Shown here piece after piece: positions 27,401 to 40,970 of a stretch of DNA of 64,000 nt. Position numbers and translations under genes: made by a program. Position 1 is the stretch's first letter, and each line of letters starts with the position of its first letter. Source of the stretch: Eledone cirrhosa (taxonomy: Eukaryota); assembly GCA_964016885.1 (NCBI GenBank), contig OZ024747.1, positions 52,576,001 through 52,640,000 on the forward strand, written 5' to 3'. Below the pieces are notes generated by a model that was not told where the DNA came from, did not search any database, and was given only the letters and a program-made list of their open reading frames with translations.

Positions 27401-30400
27401 AGTACATAGGACAGAGTCAGAGTAGAGTAAAACAGAGAGAACCAGTACATAGGACAGAGTCGGTGTAGAGTAAAACAGAGAGAACCAGTACATAGGACAG
27501 AGTTGATGTAGGGTAAAACAGAGAGAACCAGTACATAGGACAGAGTTGGTGTACTGTAAAACAGAGAGAACCAGTACATAGGACAGAGTCGGTGTAGAGT
27601 AAAACATAGAGAACACGTACATAGGACAGAGTTGATGTAGGGTAAAACAGAGAGAACCAGTACATAGGACAGAGTTGGTGTAGAGTAAAACAGAGAGAAC
27701 CAGTACATAGGACAGAGTTGGTGTAGAGTAAAACAGAGAGAACCAGTACACAGGACAGAGTTGGTGTAGAGTAAAACAGAGAGAACCAGTACATATGACA
27801 GAGTAGGTGTAGAGTAAAACAGAGAGAACCAGTACATAGGACAGAGTCGGTGTAGAGTAAAACAGAGAGAACCAGTACATAGGACAGTGTTGGTGTAGAG
27901 TAAAACAGAGAGAACCAGTACATAGGACAGTGTTGGTGTAGAGTAAAACAGAGAGAACCAGTACATAGGACAGAGTAGCTGTAGTGTAAAACAGAGAACA
28001 GAGAGAACCAGTACATAGGACAGTGTTGGTGTAGAGTAAAACAGAGAGAACCAGTACATAGGACAGTGTTGGTGTAGAGTAAAACAGAGAGAACCAGTAC
28101 GTAGCACAGAGTCGGTGTAGAGTAAAACAGAGAGAACCAGTACGTAGCACAGAGTCGGTGTAGAGTAAAACAGAGAGAACAAGTACATAGGACAGTGTTG
28201 GTGTAGAGTAAAACAGAGAGAACCAGTACGTAGCACAGAGTCGGTGTAGAGTAAAACAGAGAGAACCAGTACGTAGCACAGAGTCGGTGTAGAGTAAAAC
28301 AGAGAGAACCAGTACATAGGACAGTGTTGGTGTAGAGTAAAACAGAGAGAACCAGTACATAGGACAGTGTTGGTGTAGAGTAAAACAGAGAGAACCAGTA
28401 CGTAGCACAGAGTCGGTGTAGAGTAAAACAGAGAGAACCAGTACGTAGCACAGAGTCGGTGTAGAGTAAAACAGAGAGAACCAGTAGATAGGACAGTGTT
28501 GGTGTAGAGTAAAACAGAGAGAACCAGTACATAGGACAGTGTTGGTGTAGAGTAAAACAGAGAGAACCAGTACGTAGCACAGAGTCGGTGTAGAGTAAGA
28601 CAGAGAGAACCAGTACATAGGACAGTGTTGGTGTAGAGTAAAACAGAGAGAACCAGTACGTAGCACAGAGTCGGTGTAGAGTAAAACAGAGAGAACCAGT
28701 ACGTAGCACAGAGTCGGTGTAGAGTAAAACAGAGAGAACCAGTACATAGGACAGTGTTGGTGTAGAGTAAAACAGAGAGAACCAGTACATAGGACATTGT
28801 TGGTGTAGAGTAAAACAGAGAGAATCAGTACGTAGCACAGTGTTGGTGTAGAGTAAAACAGAGAGAACCAGTACATAGGACAGAGTCGGTGTAGAGTAAA
28901 ACAGAGAGAACCAGTACATAGGACAGTGTTGGTGTAGAGTAAAACAGAGAGAACCAGTACATAGGACAGTGTTGGTGTAGAGTAAAACAGAGAGAACCAG
29001 TACGTAGCACAGAGTCGGTGTAGAGTAAAACAGAGAGAACCAGTACATAGGACAGAGTAGGTGTAGTGAAAAACAGAGAGAACCAGTACGTAGCACAGTG
29101 TTGGTGTAGAGTAAAACAGAAAGAACCAGTACGTAGCACAGAGTCGATGTAGAGTAAAACAGAGAGAACCAGTACGTAGCACAGAGTCGGTGTAGAGTAA
29201 AACAGAGAGAACCAGTACATAGGACAGTGTTGGTGTAGAGTAAAACAGAGAGAACCAGTACATAGGACATTGTTGGTGTAGAGTAAAACAGAGAGAATCA
29301 GTACGTAGCACAGTGTTGGTGTAGAGTAAAACAGAGAGAACCAGTACATAGGACAGAGTCGGTGTAGAGTAAAACAGAGAGAACCAGTACATAGGACAGT
29401 GTTGGTGTAGAGTAAAACAGAGAGAACCAGTACATAGGACAGTGTTGGTGTAGAGTAAAACAGAGAGAACCAGTACGTAGCACAGAGTCGGTGTAGAGTA
29501 AAACAGAGAGAACCAGTACATAGGACAGAGTAGGTGTAGTGAAAAACAGAGAGAACCAGTACGTAGCACAGTGTTGGTGTAGAGTAAAACAGAGAGAACC
29601 AGTACGTAGCACAGAGTCGATGTAGAGTAAAACAGAGAGAACCAGTACATAGGACAGTGTTGGTGTAGAGTAAAACAGAGAGAACCAGTACATAGGACAG
29701 AGTCACTGTAGAGTAAAACAGAGAGAACCAGTACGTAGCACAGTTGTGGTGTAGAGTAAAACAGAGAGAACCAGTACGTAGCACAGAGTCGCTGTAGAGT
29801 AAAACAGAGAGAACCAGTACATAGAACAGAGTCGGTGTAGAGTAAAACAGAGAGAACCAGTACATAGAACAGAGTCGGTGTAGAGTAAAACAGAGAGAAC
29901 CAGTACATAGGACAGAGTCACTGTAGAGTAAAACAGAGAACTAGTACATAGGACAGAGTCAGAGTAGAGTAAAACAGAGAGAACCAGTACATAGGACAGA
30001 GTCGGTGTAGAGTAAAACAGAGAGAACCAGTACATAGGACAGAGTTGATGTAGGGTAAAACAGAGAGAACCAGTACATAGGACAGAGTTGGTGTAGTGTA
30101 AAACAGAGAGAACCAGTACATAGGACAGAGTCGGTGTAGAGTAAAACATAGAGAACACGTACATAGGACAGAGTTGATGTAGGGTAAAACAGAGAGAACC
30201 AGTACATAGGACAGAGTTGGTGTAGAGTAAAACAGAGAGAACCAGTACATAGGAGAGTCAGAGTAGAGTAAAACAGAGAGAACCAGTACATAGGACAGAG
30301 TTGGTGTAGAGTAAAACAGAGAGAACCAGTACACAGGACAGAGTTGGTGTAGAGTAAAACAGAGAGAACCAGTACATATGACAGAGTAGGTGTAGAGTAA

Positions 30401-31900
30401 AACAGAGAGAACCAGTACATAGGACAGAGTCACTGTAGAGTAAAACAGAGAACTAGTACATAGGACAGAGTCAGAGTAGAGTAAAACAGAGAGAACCAGT
30501 ACATAGGAGAGAGTCGGTGTAGAATAAAACAGAGAGAACCAGTACATAGGACAGAGTTGATGTAGGGTAAAACAGAGAGAACCAGTACATAGGACAGAGT
30601 TGGTGTACTGTAAAACAGAGAGAACCAGTACATAGGACAGAGTCGGTGTAGAGTAAAACATAGAGAACACGTACATAGGACAGAGTTGATGTAGGGTAAA
30701 ACAGAGAGAACCAGTACATAGGACAGAGTTGGTGTAGAGTAAAACAGAGAGAACCAGTACATAGGAGAGTCAGAGTAGAGTAAAACAGAGAGAACCAGTA
30801 CATAGGACAGAGTCGGTGTAGAGTAAAACAGAGAGAACCAGTACATAGGAGAGTGTTGGTGTAGAGTAAAACAGAGAGAACCAGTACATAGGACAGTGTT
30901 GGTGTAGAGTAAAACAGAGAGAACCAGTACATAGGACAGTGTTGGTGTAGAGTAAAACAGAGAGAACCAGTACGTAGCACAGAGTCGATGTAGAGTAAAA
31001 CAGAGAGAACCAGTACATAGGACAGTGTTGGTGTAGAGTAAAACAGAGAGAACCAGTACATAGGACAGAGTCACTGTAGAGTAAAACAGAGAGAACCAGT
31101 ACGTAGCACAGTTGTGGTGTAGAGTAAAACAGAGAGAACCAGTACGTAGCACAGAGTCGCTGTAGATTAAAACAGAGAGAACCAGTACATAGAACAGAGT
31201 CGGTGTAGAGTAAAACAGAGAGAACCAGTACATAGGACAGAGTCACTGTAGAGTAAAACAGAGAACTAGTACATAGGACAGAGTCAGAGTAGAGTAAAAC
31301 AGAGAGAACCAGTACATAGGACAGAGTCGGTGTAGAGTAAAACAGAGAGAACCAGTACATAGGACAGAGTTGATGTAGGGTAAAACAGAGAGAACCAGTA
31401 CATAGGACAGAGTTGGTGTACTGTAAAACAGAGAGAACCAGTACATAGGACAGAGTCGGTGTAGAGTAAAACATAGAGAACACGTACATAGGACAGAGTT
31501 GATGTAGGGTAAAACAGAGAGAACCAGTACATAGGACAGAGTTGGTGTAGAGTAAAACAGAGAGAACCAGTACATAGGACAGAGTTGGTGTAGAGTAAAA
31601 CAGAGAGAACCAGTACACAGGACAGAGTTGGTGTAGAGTAAAACAGAGAGAACCAGTACATATGACAGAGTAGGTGTAGAGTAAAACAGAGAGAACCAGT
31701 ACATAGGACAGAGTCGGTGTAGAGTAAAACAGAGAGAACCAGTACATAGGACAGTGTTGGTGTAGAGTAAAACAGAGAGAACCAGTACATAGGACAGTGT
31801 TGGTGTAGAGTAAAACAGAGAGAACCAGTACATAGGACAGAGTAGCTGTAGTGTAAAACAGAGAACAGAGAGAACCAGTACATAGGACAGTGTTGGTGTA
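24500..31900. repeat. Rearranged duplicated blocks (offsets 3867 and 4383 bp; internal 473-bp/11-monomer duplication)
   Basis: ORF pair 25535..26293/29918..30676 is offset by 4383, and starts 24958/28825 and 27376/31243 by 3867. AATCAGT at ~28823 and ~29296 is offset by 473. Shared markers: GTAGATAGG at ~24618/28485 and GTGAAAAAC at ~25200/29067/29540. Confidence 0.8.
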
Positions 31901-34900
31901 GAGTAAAACAGAGAGAACCAGTACATAGGACAGTGTTGGTGTAGAGTAAAACAGAGAGAACCAGTACGTAGCACAGAGTCGGTGTAGAGTAAAACAGAGA
32001 GAACCAGTACGTAGCACAGAGTCGGTGTAGAGTAAAACAGAGAGAACAAGTACATAGGACAGTGTTGGTGTAGAGTAAAACAGAGAGAACCAGTACGTAG
32101 CACAGAGTCGGTGTAGAGTAAAACAGAGAGAACCAGTACGTAGCACAGAGTCGGTGTAGAGTAAAACAGAGAGAACCAGTACATAGGACAGTGTTGGTGT
32201 AGAGTAAAACAGAGAGAACCAGTACATAGGACAGTGTTGGTGTAGAGTAAAACAGAGAGAACCAGTACGTAGCACAGTGTTGGTGTAGAGTAAAACAGAG
32301 AGAACGAGTACGTAGCACAGAGTCGCTGTAGAGTAAAACAGAGAGAACCAGTACATAGAACAGAGTCGGTGTAGAGTAAAACAGAGAGAACCAGTACATA
32401 GGACAGAGTCACTGTAGAGTAAAACAGAGAGAACTAGTACATAGGACAGAGTCAGAGTAGGGTAAAACAGAGAGAACCAGTACATAGGACAGAGTCGGTG
32501 TAGAGTAAAACAGAGAGAACCAGTACATAGGACAGAGTTGATGTAGGGTAAAACAGAGAGAACTAGTACATAGGACAGAGTTGGTGTAGTGTAAAACAGA
32601 GAGAACCAGTACATAGGACAGAGTCGGTGTAGAGTAAAACATAGAGAACCAGTACATAGGACAGAGTTGATGTAGGGTAAAACAGAGAGAACCAGTACAT
32701 AGGACAGTGTTGGTGTAGAGTAAAACAGAGAGAACCAGTACATAGGAGAGTCAGAGTAGAGTAAAACAGAGAGAACCAGTACATAGAACAGAGACGGTGT
32801 AGAGTAAAACAGAGAGAACCAGTACACAGGACAGAGTTGGTGTAGAGTAAAACAGAGAGAACCAGTACATAGGGCAGAGTTGGTGTAGAGTAAAACAGAG
32901 AGAACCAGTACATAGGACAGAGTTGGTGTAGAGTAAAACAGAGAGAACCAGTACATAGGGCAGAGTTGGTGTGGAGTAAAACAGAGAGAACCAGTACATA
33001 GGGCAGAGTTGGTGTAGAGTAAAACAGAGAGAACCAGTACATAGGACAGAGTTGGTGTAGAGTAAAACAGAGAGAACCAGTACATAGGGCAGAGTTGGTG
33101 TAGAGTAAAACAGAGAGAACCAGTACATAGGGCAGAGTTGGTGTAGAGTAAAACAGAGAGAACCAGTACATAGGGCAGAGTTGGTGTAGAGTAAAACAGA
33201 GAGAACCAGTACATAGGACAGAGTCGGTGTAGAGTAAAACAGAGAGAACCAGTACATAGGACAGAGTCGGTGTAGAGTAAAACAGAGAGAACCAGTACAT
33301 AGGATAGTGTTGGTGTAGAGTAAAACAGAGAGAACCAGTACATAGGACAGTGTTGCTGTAGAGTAAAACAGAGAGAACCAGTACATAGGACAGAGTAGGT
33401 GTAGTGTAAAACAGAGAACAGAGAGAACCAGTACATAGGACAGTGTTGGTGTAGAGTAAAACAGAGAGAACCAGTACGTAGCACAGAGTCGGTGTAGAGT
33501 AAAACAGAGAGAACCAGTACATAGGACAGTGTTGGTGTAGAGTAAAACAGAGAGAACCAGTACGTAGCACAGAGTCGCTGTAGAGTAAAACAGAGAGAAC
33601 TAGTACATAGGACAGAGTCAGAGTAGAGTAAAACAGAGTGAGCCAGTACATAGAACAGAGTCGGTGTAGAGTAAAACAGAGAGAACCAGTACATAGGACA
33701 GAGTCACTGTAGAGTAAAACAGAGAGAACCAGTACGTAGCACAGTTGTGGTGTAGAGTAAAACAGAGAGAACCAGTACGTAGCACAGAGTCGCTGTAGAG
33801 TAAAACAGAGAGAACCAGTACATAGAACAGAGTCGGTGTAGAGTAAAACAGAGAGAACCAGTACATAGGACAGAGTCACTGTAGAGTAAAACAGAGAACT
33901 AGTACATAGGACAGAGTCAGAGTAGAGTAAAACAGAGAGAACCAGTACATAGGACAGAGTCGGTGTAGAGTAAAACAGAGAGAACCAGTACATAGGACAG
34001 AGTTGATGTAGGGTAAAACAGAGAGAACCAGTACATAGGACAGAGTTGGTGTAGTGTAAAACAGAGAGAACCAGTACATAGGACAGAGTCGGTGTAGAGT
34101 AAAACATAGAGAACACGTACATAGGACAGAGTTGATGTAGGGTAAAACAGAGAGAACCAGTACATAGGACAGAGTTGGTGTAGAGTAAAACAGAGAGAAC
34201 CAGTACATAGGACAGAGTCGGTGTAGAGTAAAACAGAGAGAACCAGTACATAGGACAGAGTTGATGTAGGGTAAAACAGAGAGAACCAGTACATAGGACA
34301 GAGTTGGTGTAGTGTAAAACAGAGAGAACCAGTACATAGGACAGAGTCGGTGTAGAGTAAAACATAGAGAACACGTACATAGGACAGAGTTGATGTAGGG
34401 TAAAACAGAGAGAACCAGTACATAGGACAGAGTCGGTGTAGAGTAAAACAGAGAGAACCAGTACATAGGACAGAGTCGGTGTAGAGTAAAACAGAGAGAA
34501 CCAGTACATAGGATAGTGTTGGTGTAGAGTAAAACAGAGAGAACCAGTACATAGGACAGTGTTGCTGTAGAGTAAAACAGAGAGAACCAGTACATAGGAC
34601 AGAGTAGGTGTAGTGTAAAACAGAGAACAGAGAGAACCAGTACATAGGACAGTGTTGGTGTAGAGTAAAACAGAGAGAACCAGTACGTAGCACAGAGTCG
34701 GTGTAGAGTAAAACAGAGAGAACCAGTACATAGGACAGTGTTGGTGTAGAGTAAAACAGAGAGAACCAGTACGTAGCACAGAGTCGCTGTAGAGTAAAAC
34801 AGAGAGAACTAGTACATAGGACAGAGTCAGAGTAGAGTAAAACAGAGTGAGCCAGTACATAGAACAGAGTCGGTGTAGAGTAAAACAGAGAGAACCAGTA

Positions 34901-37900
34901 CATAGGACAGAGTCACTGTAGAGTAAAACAGAGAGAACCAGTACGTAGCACAGTTGTGGTGTAGAGTAAAACAGAGAGAACCAGTACGTAGCACAGAGTC
35001 GCTGTAGAGTAAAACAGAGAGAACCAGTACATAGAACAGAGTCGGTGTAGAGTAAAACAGAGAGAACCAGTACATAGGACAGAGTCACTGTAGAGTAAAA
35101 CAGAGAACTAGTACATAGGACAGAGTCAGAGTAGAGTAAAACAGAGAGAACCAGTACATAGGACAGAGTCGGTGTAGAGTAAAACAGAGAGAACCAGTAC
35201 ATAGGACAGAGTTGATGTAGGGTAAAACAGAGAGAACCAGTACATAGGACAGAGTTGGTGTAGTGTAAAACAGAGAGAACCAGTACATAGGACAGAGTCG
35301 GTGTAGAGTAAAACATAGAGAACACGTACATAGGACAGAGTTGATGTAGGGTAAAACAGAGAGAACCAGTACATAGGACAGAGTTGGTGTAGAGTAAAAC
35401 AGAGAGAACCAGTACATAGGAGAGTCAGAGTAGAGTAAAACAGAGAGAACCAGTACATAGGACAGAGTTGGTGTAGAGTAAAACAGAGAGAACCAGTACA
35501 CAGGACAGAGTTGGTGTAGAGTAAAACAGAGAGAACCAGTACATATGACAGAGTAGGTGTAGAGTAAAACAGAGAGAACCAGTACATAGGACAGAGTCGG
35601 TGTAGAGTAAAACAGAGAGAACCAGTACATAGGACAGTGTTGGTGTAGAGTAAAACAGAGAGAACCAGTACATAGGACAGAGTAGCTGTAGTGTAAAACA
35701 GAGAACAGAGAGAAGCAGTACATAGGACAGAGTCGGTGTAGAGTAAAACAGAGAGAACCAGTACGTAGCACAGAGTCGGTGTAGAGTAAAACAGAGAGAA
35801 CCAGTACATAGGACAGTGTTGGTGTAGAGTAAAACAGAGAGAACCAGTACGTAGCACAGAGTCGGTGTAGAGTAAAACAGAGAGAACCAGTACGTAACAC
35901 AGAGTCGGTGTAGAGTAAAACAGAGAGAACCAGTACATAGGACAGTGTTGGTGTAGAGTAAAACAGAGAGAACCAGTACATAGGACAGTGTTGGTGTAGA
36001 GTAAAACAGAGAAAACCAGTACGTAGCACAGTGTTGGTGTAGAGTAAAACAGAGAGAACCAGTACGTAGCACAGAGTCGCTGTAGAGTAAAACAGAGAGA
36101 ACCAGTACATAGAACAGAGTCGGTGTAGAGTAAAACAGAGAGAACCAGTACATAGGACAGAGTCACTGTAGAGTAAAACAGAGAGAACTAGTACATAGGA
36201 CAGAGTCAGAGTAGAGTAAAACAGAGAGAACCAGTACATAGGACAGAGTCGGTGTAGAGTAAAACAGAGAGAACCAGTACATAGGACAGAGTTGATGTAG
36301 GGTAAAACAGAGAGAACTAGTACATAGGACAGAGTTGGTGTAGTGTAAAACAGAGAGAACCAGTACATAGGACAGAGTCGGTGTAGAGTAAAACAGAGAG
36401 AACCAGTACATAGGACAGAGTAGCTGTAGTGTAAAACAGAGAACAGAGAGAACCAGTACATAGGACAGTGTTGGTGTAGAGTAAAACAGAGAGAACCAGT
36501 ACATAGGACAGTGTTGGTGTAGAGTAAAACAGAGAGAACCAGTACGTAGCACAGAGTCGGTGTAGAGTAAAACAGAGAGAACCAGTACGTAGCACAGAGT
36601 CGGTGTAGAGTAAAACAGAGAGAACAAGTACATAGGACAGTGTTGGTGTAGAGTAAAACAGAGAGAACCAGTACGTAGCACAGAGTCGGTGTAGAGTAAA
36701 ACAGAGAGAACCAGTACGTAGCACAGAGTCGGTGTAGAGTAAAACAGAGAGAACCAGTACATAGGACAGTGTTGGTGTAGAGTAAAACAGAGAGAACCAG
36801 TACATAGGACAGTGTTGGTGTAGAGTAAAACAGAGAGAACCAGTACGTAGCACAGTGTTGGTGTAGAGTAAAACAGAGAGAACGAGTACGTAGCACAGAG
36901 TCGCTGTAGAGTAAAACAGAGAGAACCAGTACATAGAACAGAGTCGGTGTAGAGTAAAACAGAGAGAACCAGTACATAGGACAGAGTCACTGTAGAGTAA
37001 AACAGAGAGAACTAGTACATAGGACAGAGTCAGAGTAGGGTAAAACAGAGAGAACCAGTACATAGGACAGAGTCGGTGTAGAGTAAAACAGAGAGAACCA
37101 GTACATAGGACAGAGTTGATGTAGGGTAAAACAGAGAGAACTAGTACATAGGACAGAGTTGGTGTAGTGTAAAACAGAGAGAACCAGTACATAGGACAGA
37201 GTCGGTGTAGAGTAAAACATAGAGAACCAGTACATAGGACAGAGTTGATGTAGGGTAAAACAGAGAGAACCAGTACATAGGACAGTGTTGGTGTAGAGTA
37301 AAACAGAGAGAACCAGTACATAGGAGAGTCAGAGTAGAGTAAAACAGAGAGAACCAGTACATAGAACAGAGACGGTGTAGAGTAAAACAGAGAGAACCAG
37401 TACACAGGACAGAGTTGGTGTAGAGTAAAACAGAGAGAACCAGTACATAGGGCAGAGTTGGTGTAGAGTAAAACAGAGAGAACCAGTACATAGGACAGAG
37501 TTGGTGTAGAGTAAAACAGAGAGAACCAGTACATAGGGCAGAGTTGGTGTGGAGTAAAACAGAGAGAACCAGTACATAGGGCAGAGTTGGTGTAGAGTAA
37601 AACAGAGAGAACCAGTACATAGGACAGAGTTGGTGTAGAGTAAAACAGAGAGAACCAGTACATAGGGCAGAGTTGGTGTAGAGTAAAACAGAGAGAACCA
37701 GTACATAGGGCAGAGTTGGTGTAGAGTAAAACAGAGAGAACCAGTACATAGGGCAGAGTTGGTGTAGAGTAAAACAGAGAGAACCAGTACATAGGACAGA
37801 GTCGGTGTAGAGTAAAACAGAGAGAACCAGTACATAGGACAGAGTCGGTGTAGAGTAAAACAGAGAGAACCAGTACATAGGATAGTGTTGGTGTAGAGTA

Positions 37901-40900
37901 AAACAGAGAGAACCAGTACATAGGACAGTGTTGCTGTAGAGTAAAACAGAGAGAACCAGTACATAGGACAGAGTAGGTGTAGTGTAAAACAGAGAACAGA
38001 GAGAACCAGTACATAGGACAGTGTTGGTGTAGAGTAAAACAGAGAGAACCAGTACGTAGCACAGAGTCGGTGTAGAGTAAAACAGAGAGAACCAGTACAT
38101 AGGACAGTGTTGGTGTAGAGTAAAACAGAGAGAACCAGTACGTAGCACAGAGTCGCTGTAGAGTAAAACAGAGAGAACTAGTACATAGGACAGAGTCAGA
38201 GTAGAGTAAAACAGAGTGAGCCAGTACATAGAACAGAGTCGGTGTAGAGTAAAACAGAGAGAACCAGTACATAGGACAGAGTCACTGTAGAGTAAAACAG
38301 AGAGAACCAGTACGTAGCACAGTTGTGGTGTAGAGTAAAACAGAGAGAACCAGTACGTAGCACAGAGTCGCTGTAGAGTAAAACAGAGAGAACCAGTACA
38401 TAGAACAGAGTCGGTGTAGAGTAAAACAGAGAGAACCAGTACATAGGACAGAGTCACTGTAGAGTAAAACAGAGAACTAGTACATAGGACAGAGTCAGAG
38501 TAGAGTAAAACAGAGAGAACCAGTACATAGGACAGAGTCGGTGTAGAGTAAAACAGAGAGAACCAGTACATAGGACAGAGTTGATGTAGGGTAAAACAGA
38601 GAGAACCAGTACATAGGACAGAGTTGGTGTAGTGTAAAACAGAGAGAACCAGTACATAGGACAGAGTCGGTGTAGAGTAAAACATAGAGAACACGTACAT
38701 AGGACAGAGTTGATGTAGGGTAAAACAGAGAGAACCAGTACATAGGACAGAGTTGGTGTAGAGTAAAACAGAGAGAACCAGTACATAGGACAGAGTCGGT
38801 GTAGAGTAAAACAGAGAGAACCAGTACATAGGACAGAGTTGATGTAGGGTAAAACAGAGAGAACCAGTACATAGGACAGAGTTGGTGTAGTGTAAAACAG
38901 AGAGAACCAGTACATAGGACAGAGTCGGTGTAGAGTAAAACATAGAGAACACGTACATAGGACAGAGTTGATGTAGGGTAAAACAGAGAGAACCAGTACA
39001 TAGGACAGAGTCGGTGTAGAGTAAAACAGAGAGAACCAGTACATAGGACAGAGTCGGTGTAGAGTAAAACAGAGAGAACCAGTACATAGGATAGTGTTGG
39101 TGTAGAGTAAAACAGAGAGAACCAGTACATAGGACAGTGTTGCTGTAGAGTAAAACAGAGAGAACCAGTACATAGGACAGAGTAGGTGTAGTGTAAAACA
39201 GAGAACAGAGAGAACCAGTACATAGGACAGTGTTGGTGTAGAGTAAAACAGAGAGAACCAGTACGTAGCACAGAGTCGGTGTAGAGTAAAACAGAGAGAA
39301 CCAGTACATAGGACAGTGTTGGTGTAGAGTAAAACAGAGAGAACCAGTACGTAGCACAGAGTCGCTGTAGAGTAAAACAGAGAGAACTAGTACATAGGAC
39401 AGAGTCAGAGTAGAGTAAAACAGAGTGAGCCAGTACATAGAACAGAGTCGGTGTAGAGTAAAACAGAGAGAACCAGTACATAGGACAGAGTCACTGTAGA
39501 GTAAAACAGAGAGAACCAGTACGTAGCACAGTTGTGGTGTAGAGTAAAACAGAGAGAACCAGTACGTAGCACAGAGTCGCTGTAGAGTAAAACAGAGAGA
39601 ACCAGTACATAGAACAGAGTCGGTGTAGAGTAAAACAGAGAGAACCAGTACATAGGACAGAGTCACTGTAGAGTAAAACAGAGAACTAGTACATAGGACA
39701 GAGTCAGAGTAGAGTAAAACAGAGAGAACCAGTACATAGGACAGAGTCGGTGTAGAGTAAAACAGAGAGAACCAGTACATAGGACAGAGTTGATGTAGGG
39801 TAAAACAGAGAGAACCAGTACATAGGACAGAGTTGGTGTAGTGTAAAACAGAGAGAACCAGTACATAGGACAGAGTCGGTGTAGAGTAAAACATAGAGAA
39901 CACGTACATAGGACAGAGTTGATGTAGGGTAAAACAGAGAGAACCAGTACATAGGACAGAGTTGGTGTAGAGTAAAACAGAGAGAACCAGTACATAGGAG
40001 AGTCAGAGTAGAGTAAAACAGAGAGAACCAGTACATAGGACAGAGTTGGTGTAGAGTAAAACAGAGAGAACCAGTACACAGGACAGAGTTGGTGTAGAGT
40101 AAAACAGAGAGAACCAGTACATATGACAGAGTAGGTGTAGAGTAAAACAGAGAGAACCAGTACATAGGACAGAGTCGGTGTAGAGTAAAACAGAGAGAAC
40201 CAGTACATAGGACAGTGTTGGTGTAGAGTAAAACAGAGAGAACCAGTACATAGGACAGAGTAGCTGTAGTGTAAAACAGAGAACAGAGAGAAGCAGTACA
40301 TAGGACAGAGTCGGTGTAGAGTAAAACAGAGAGAACCAGTACGTAGCACAGAGTCGGTGTAGAGTAAAACAGAGAGAACCAGTACATAGGACAGTGTTGG
40401 TGTAGAGTAAAACAGAGAGAACCAGTACGTAGCACAGAGTCGGTGTAGAGTAAAACAGAGAGAACCAGTACGTAACACAGAGTCGGTGTAGAGTAAAACA
40501 GAGAGAACCAGTACATAGGACAGTGTTGGTGTAGAGTAAAACAGAGAGAACCAGTACATAGGACAGTGTTGGTGTAGAGTAAAACAGAGAAAACCAGTAC
40601 GTAGCACAGTGTTGGTGTAGAGTAAAACAGAGAGAACCAGTACGTAGCACAGAGTCGCTGTAGAGTAAAACAGAGAGAACCAGTACATAGAACAGAGTCG
40701 GTGTAGAGTAAAACAGAGAGAACCAGTACATAGGACAGAGTCACTGTAGAGTAAAACAGAGAGAACTAGTACATAGGACAGAGTCAGAGTAGAGTAAAAC
40801 AGAGAGAACCAGTACATAGGACAGAGTCGGTGTAGAGTAAAACAGAGAGAACCAGTACATAGGACAGAGTTGATGTAGGGTAAAACAGAGAGAACTAGTA

Positions 40901-40970
40901 CATAGGACAGAGTTGGTGTAGTGTAAAACAGAGAGAACCAGTACATAGGACAGAGTCGGTGTAGAGTAAA
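31810..40970. repeat. Tandem duplication with a 4578-bp period, each copy containing an internal 1209-bp duplication
   Basis: Identical ORF translations occur at 32563..35331/37141..39909 and 35126..36166/39704..40744 (offset 4578), and at 33618/34827 and 38196/39405 (offset 1209). The marker AACGAGTAC lies at ~32303 and ~36881. Confidence 0.92.
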
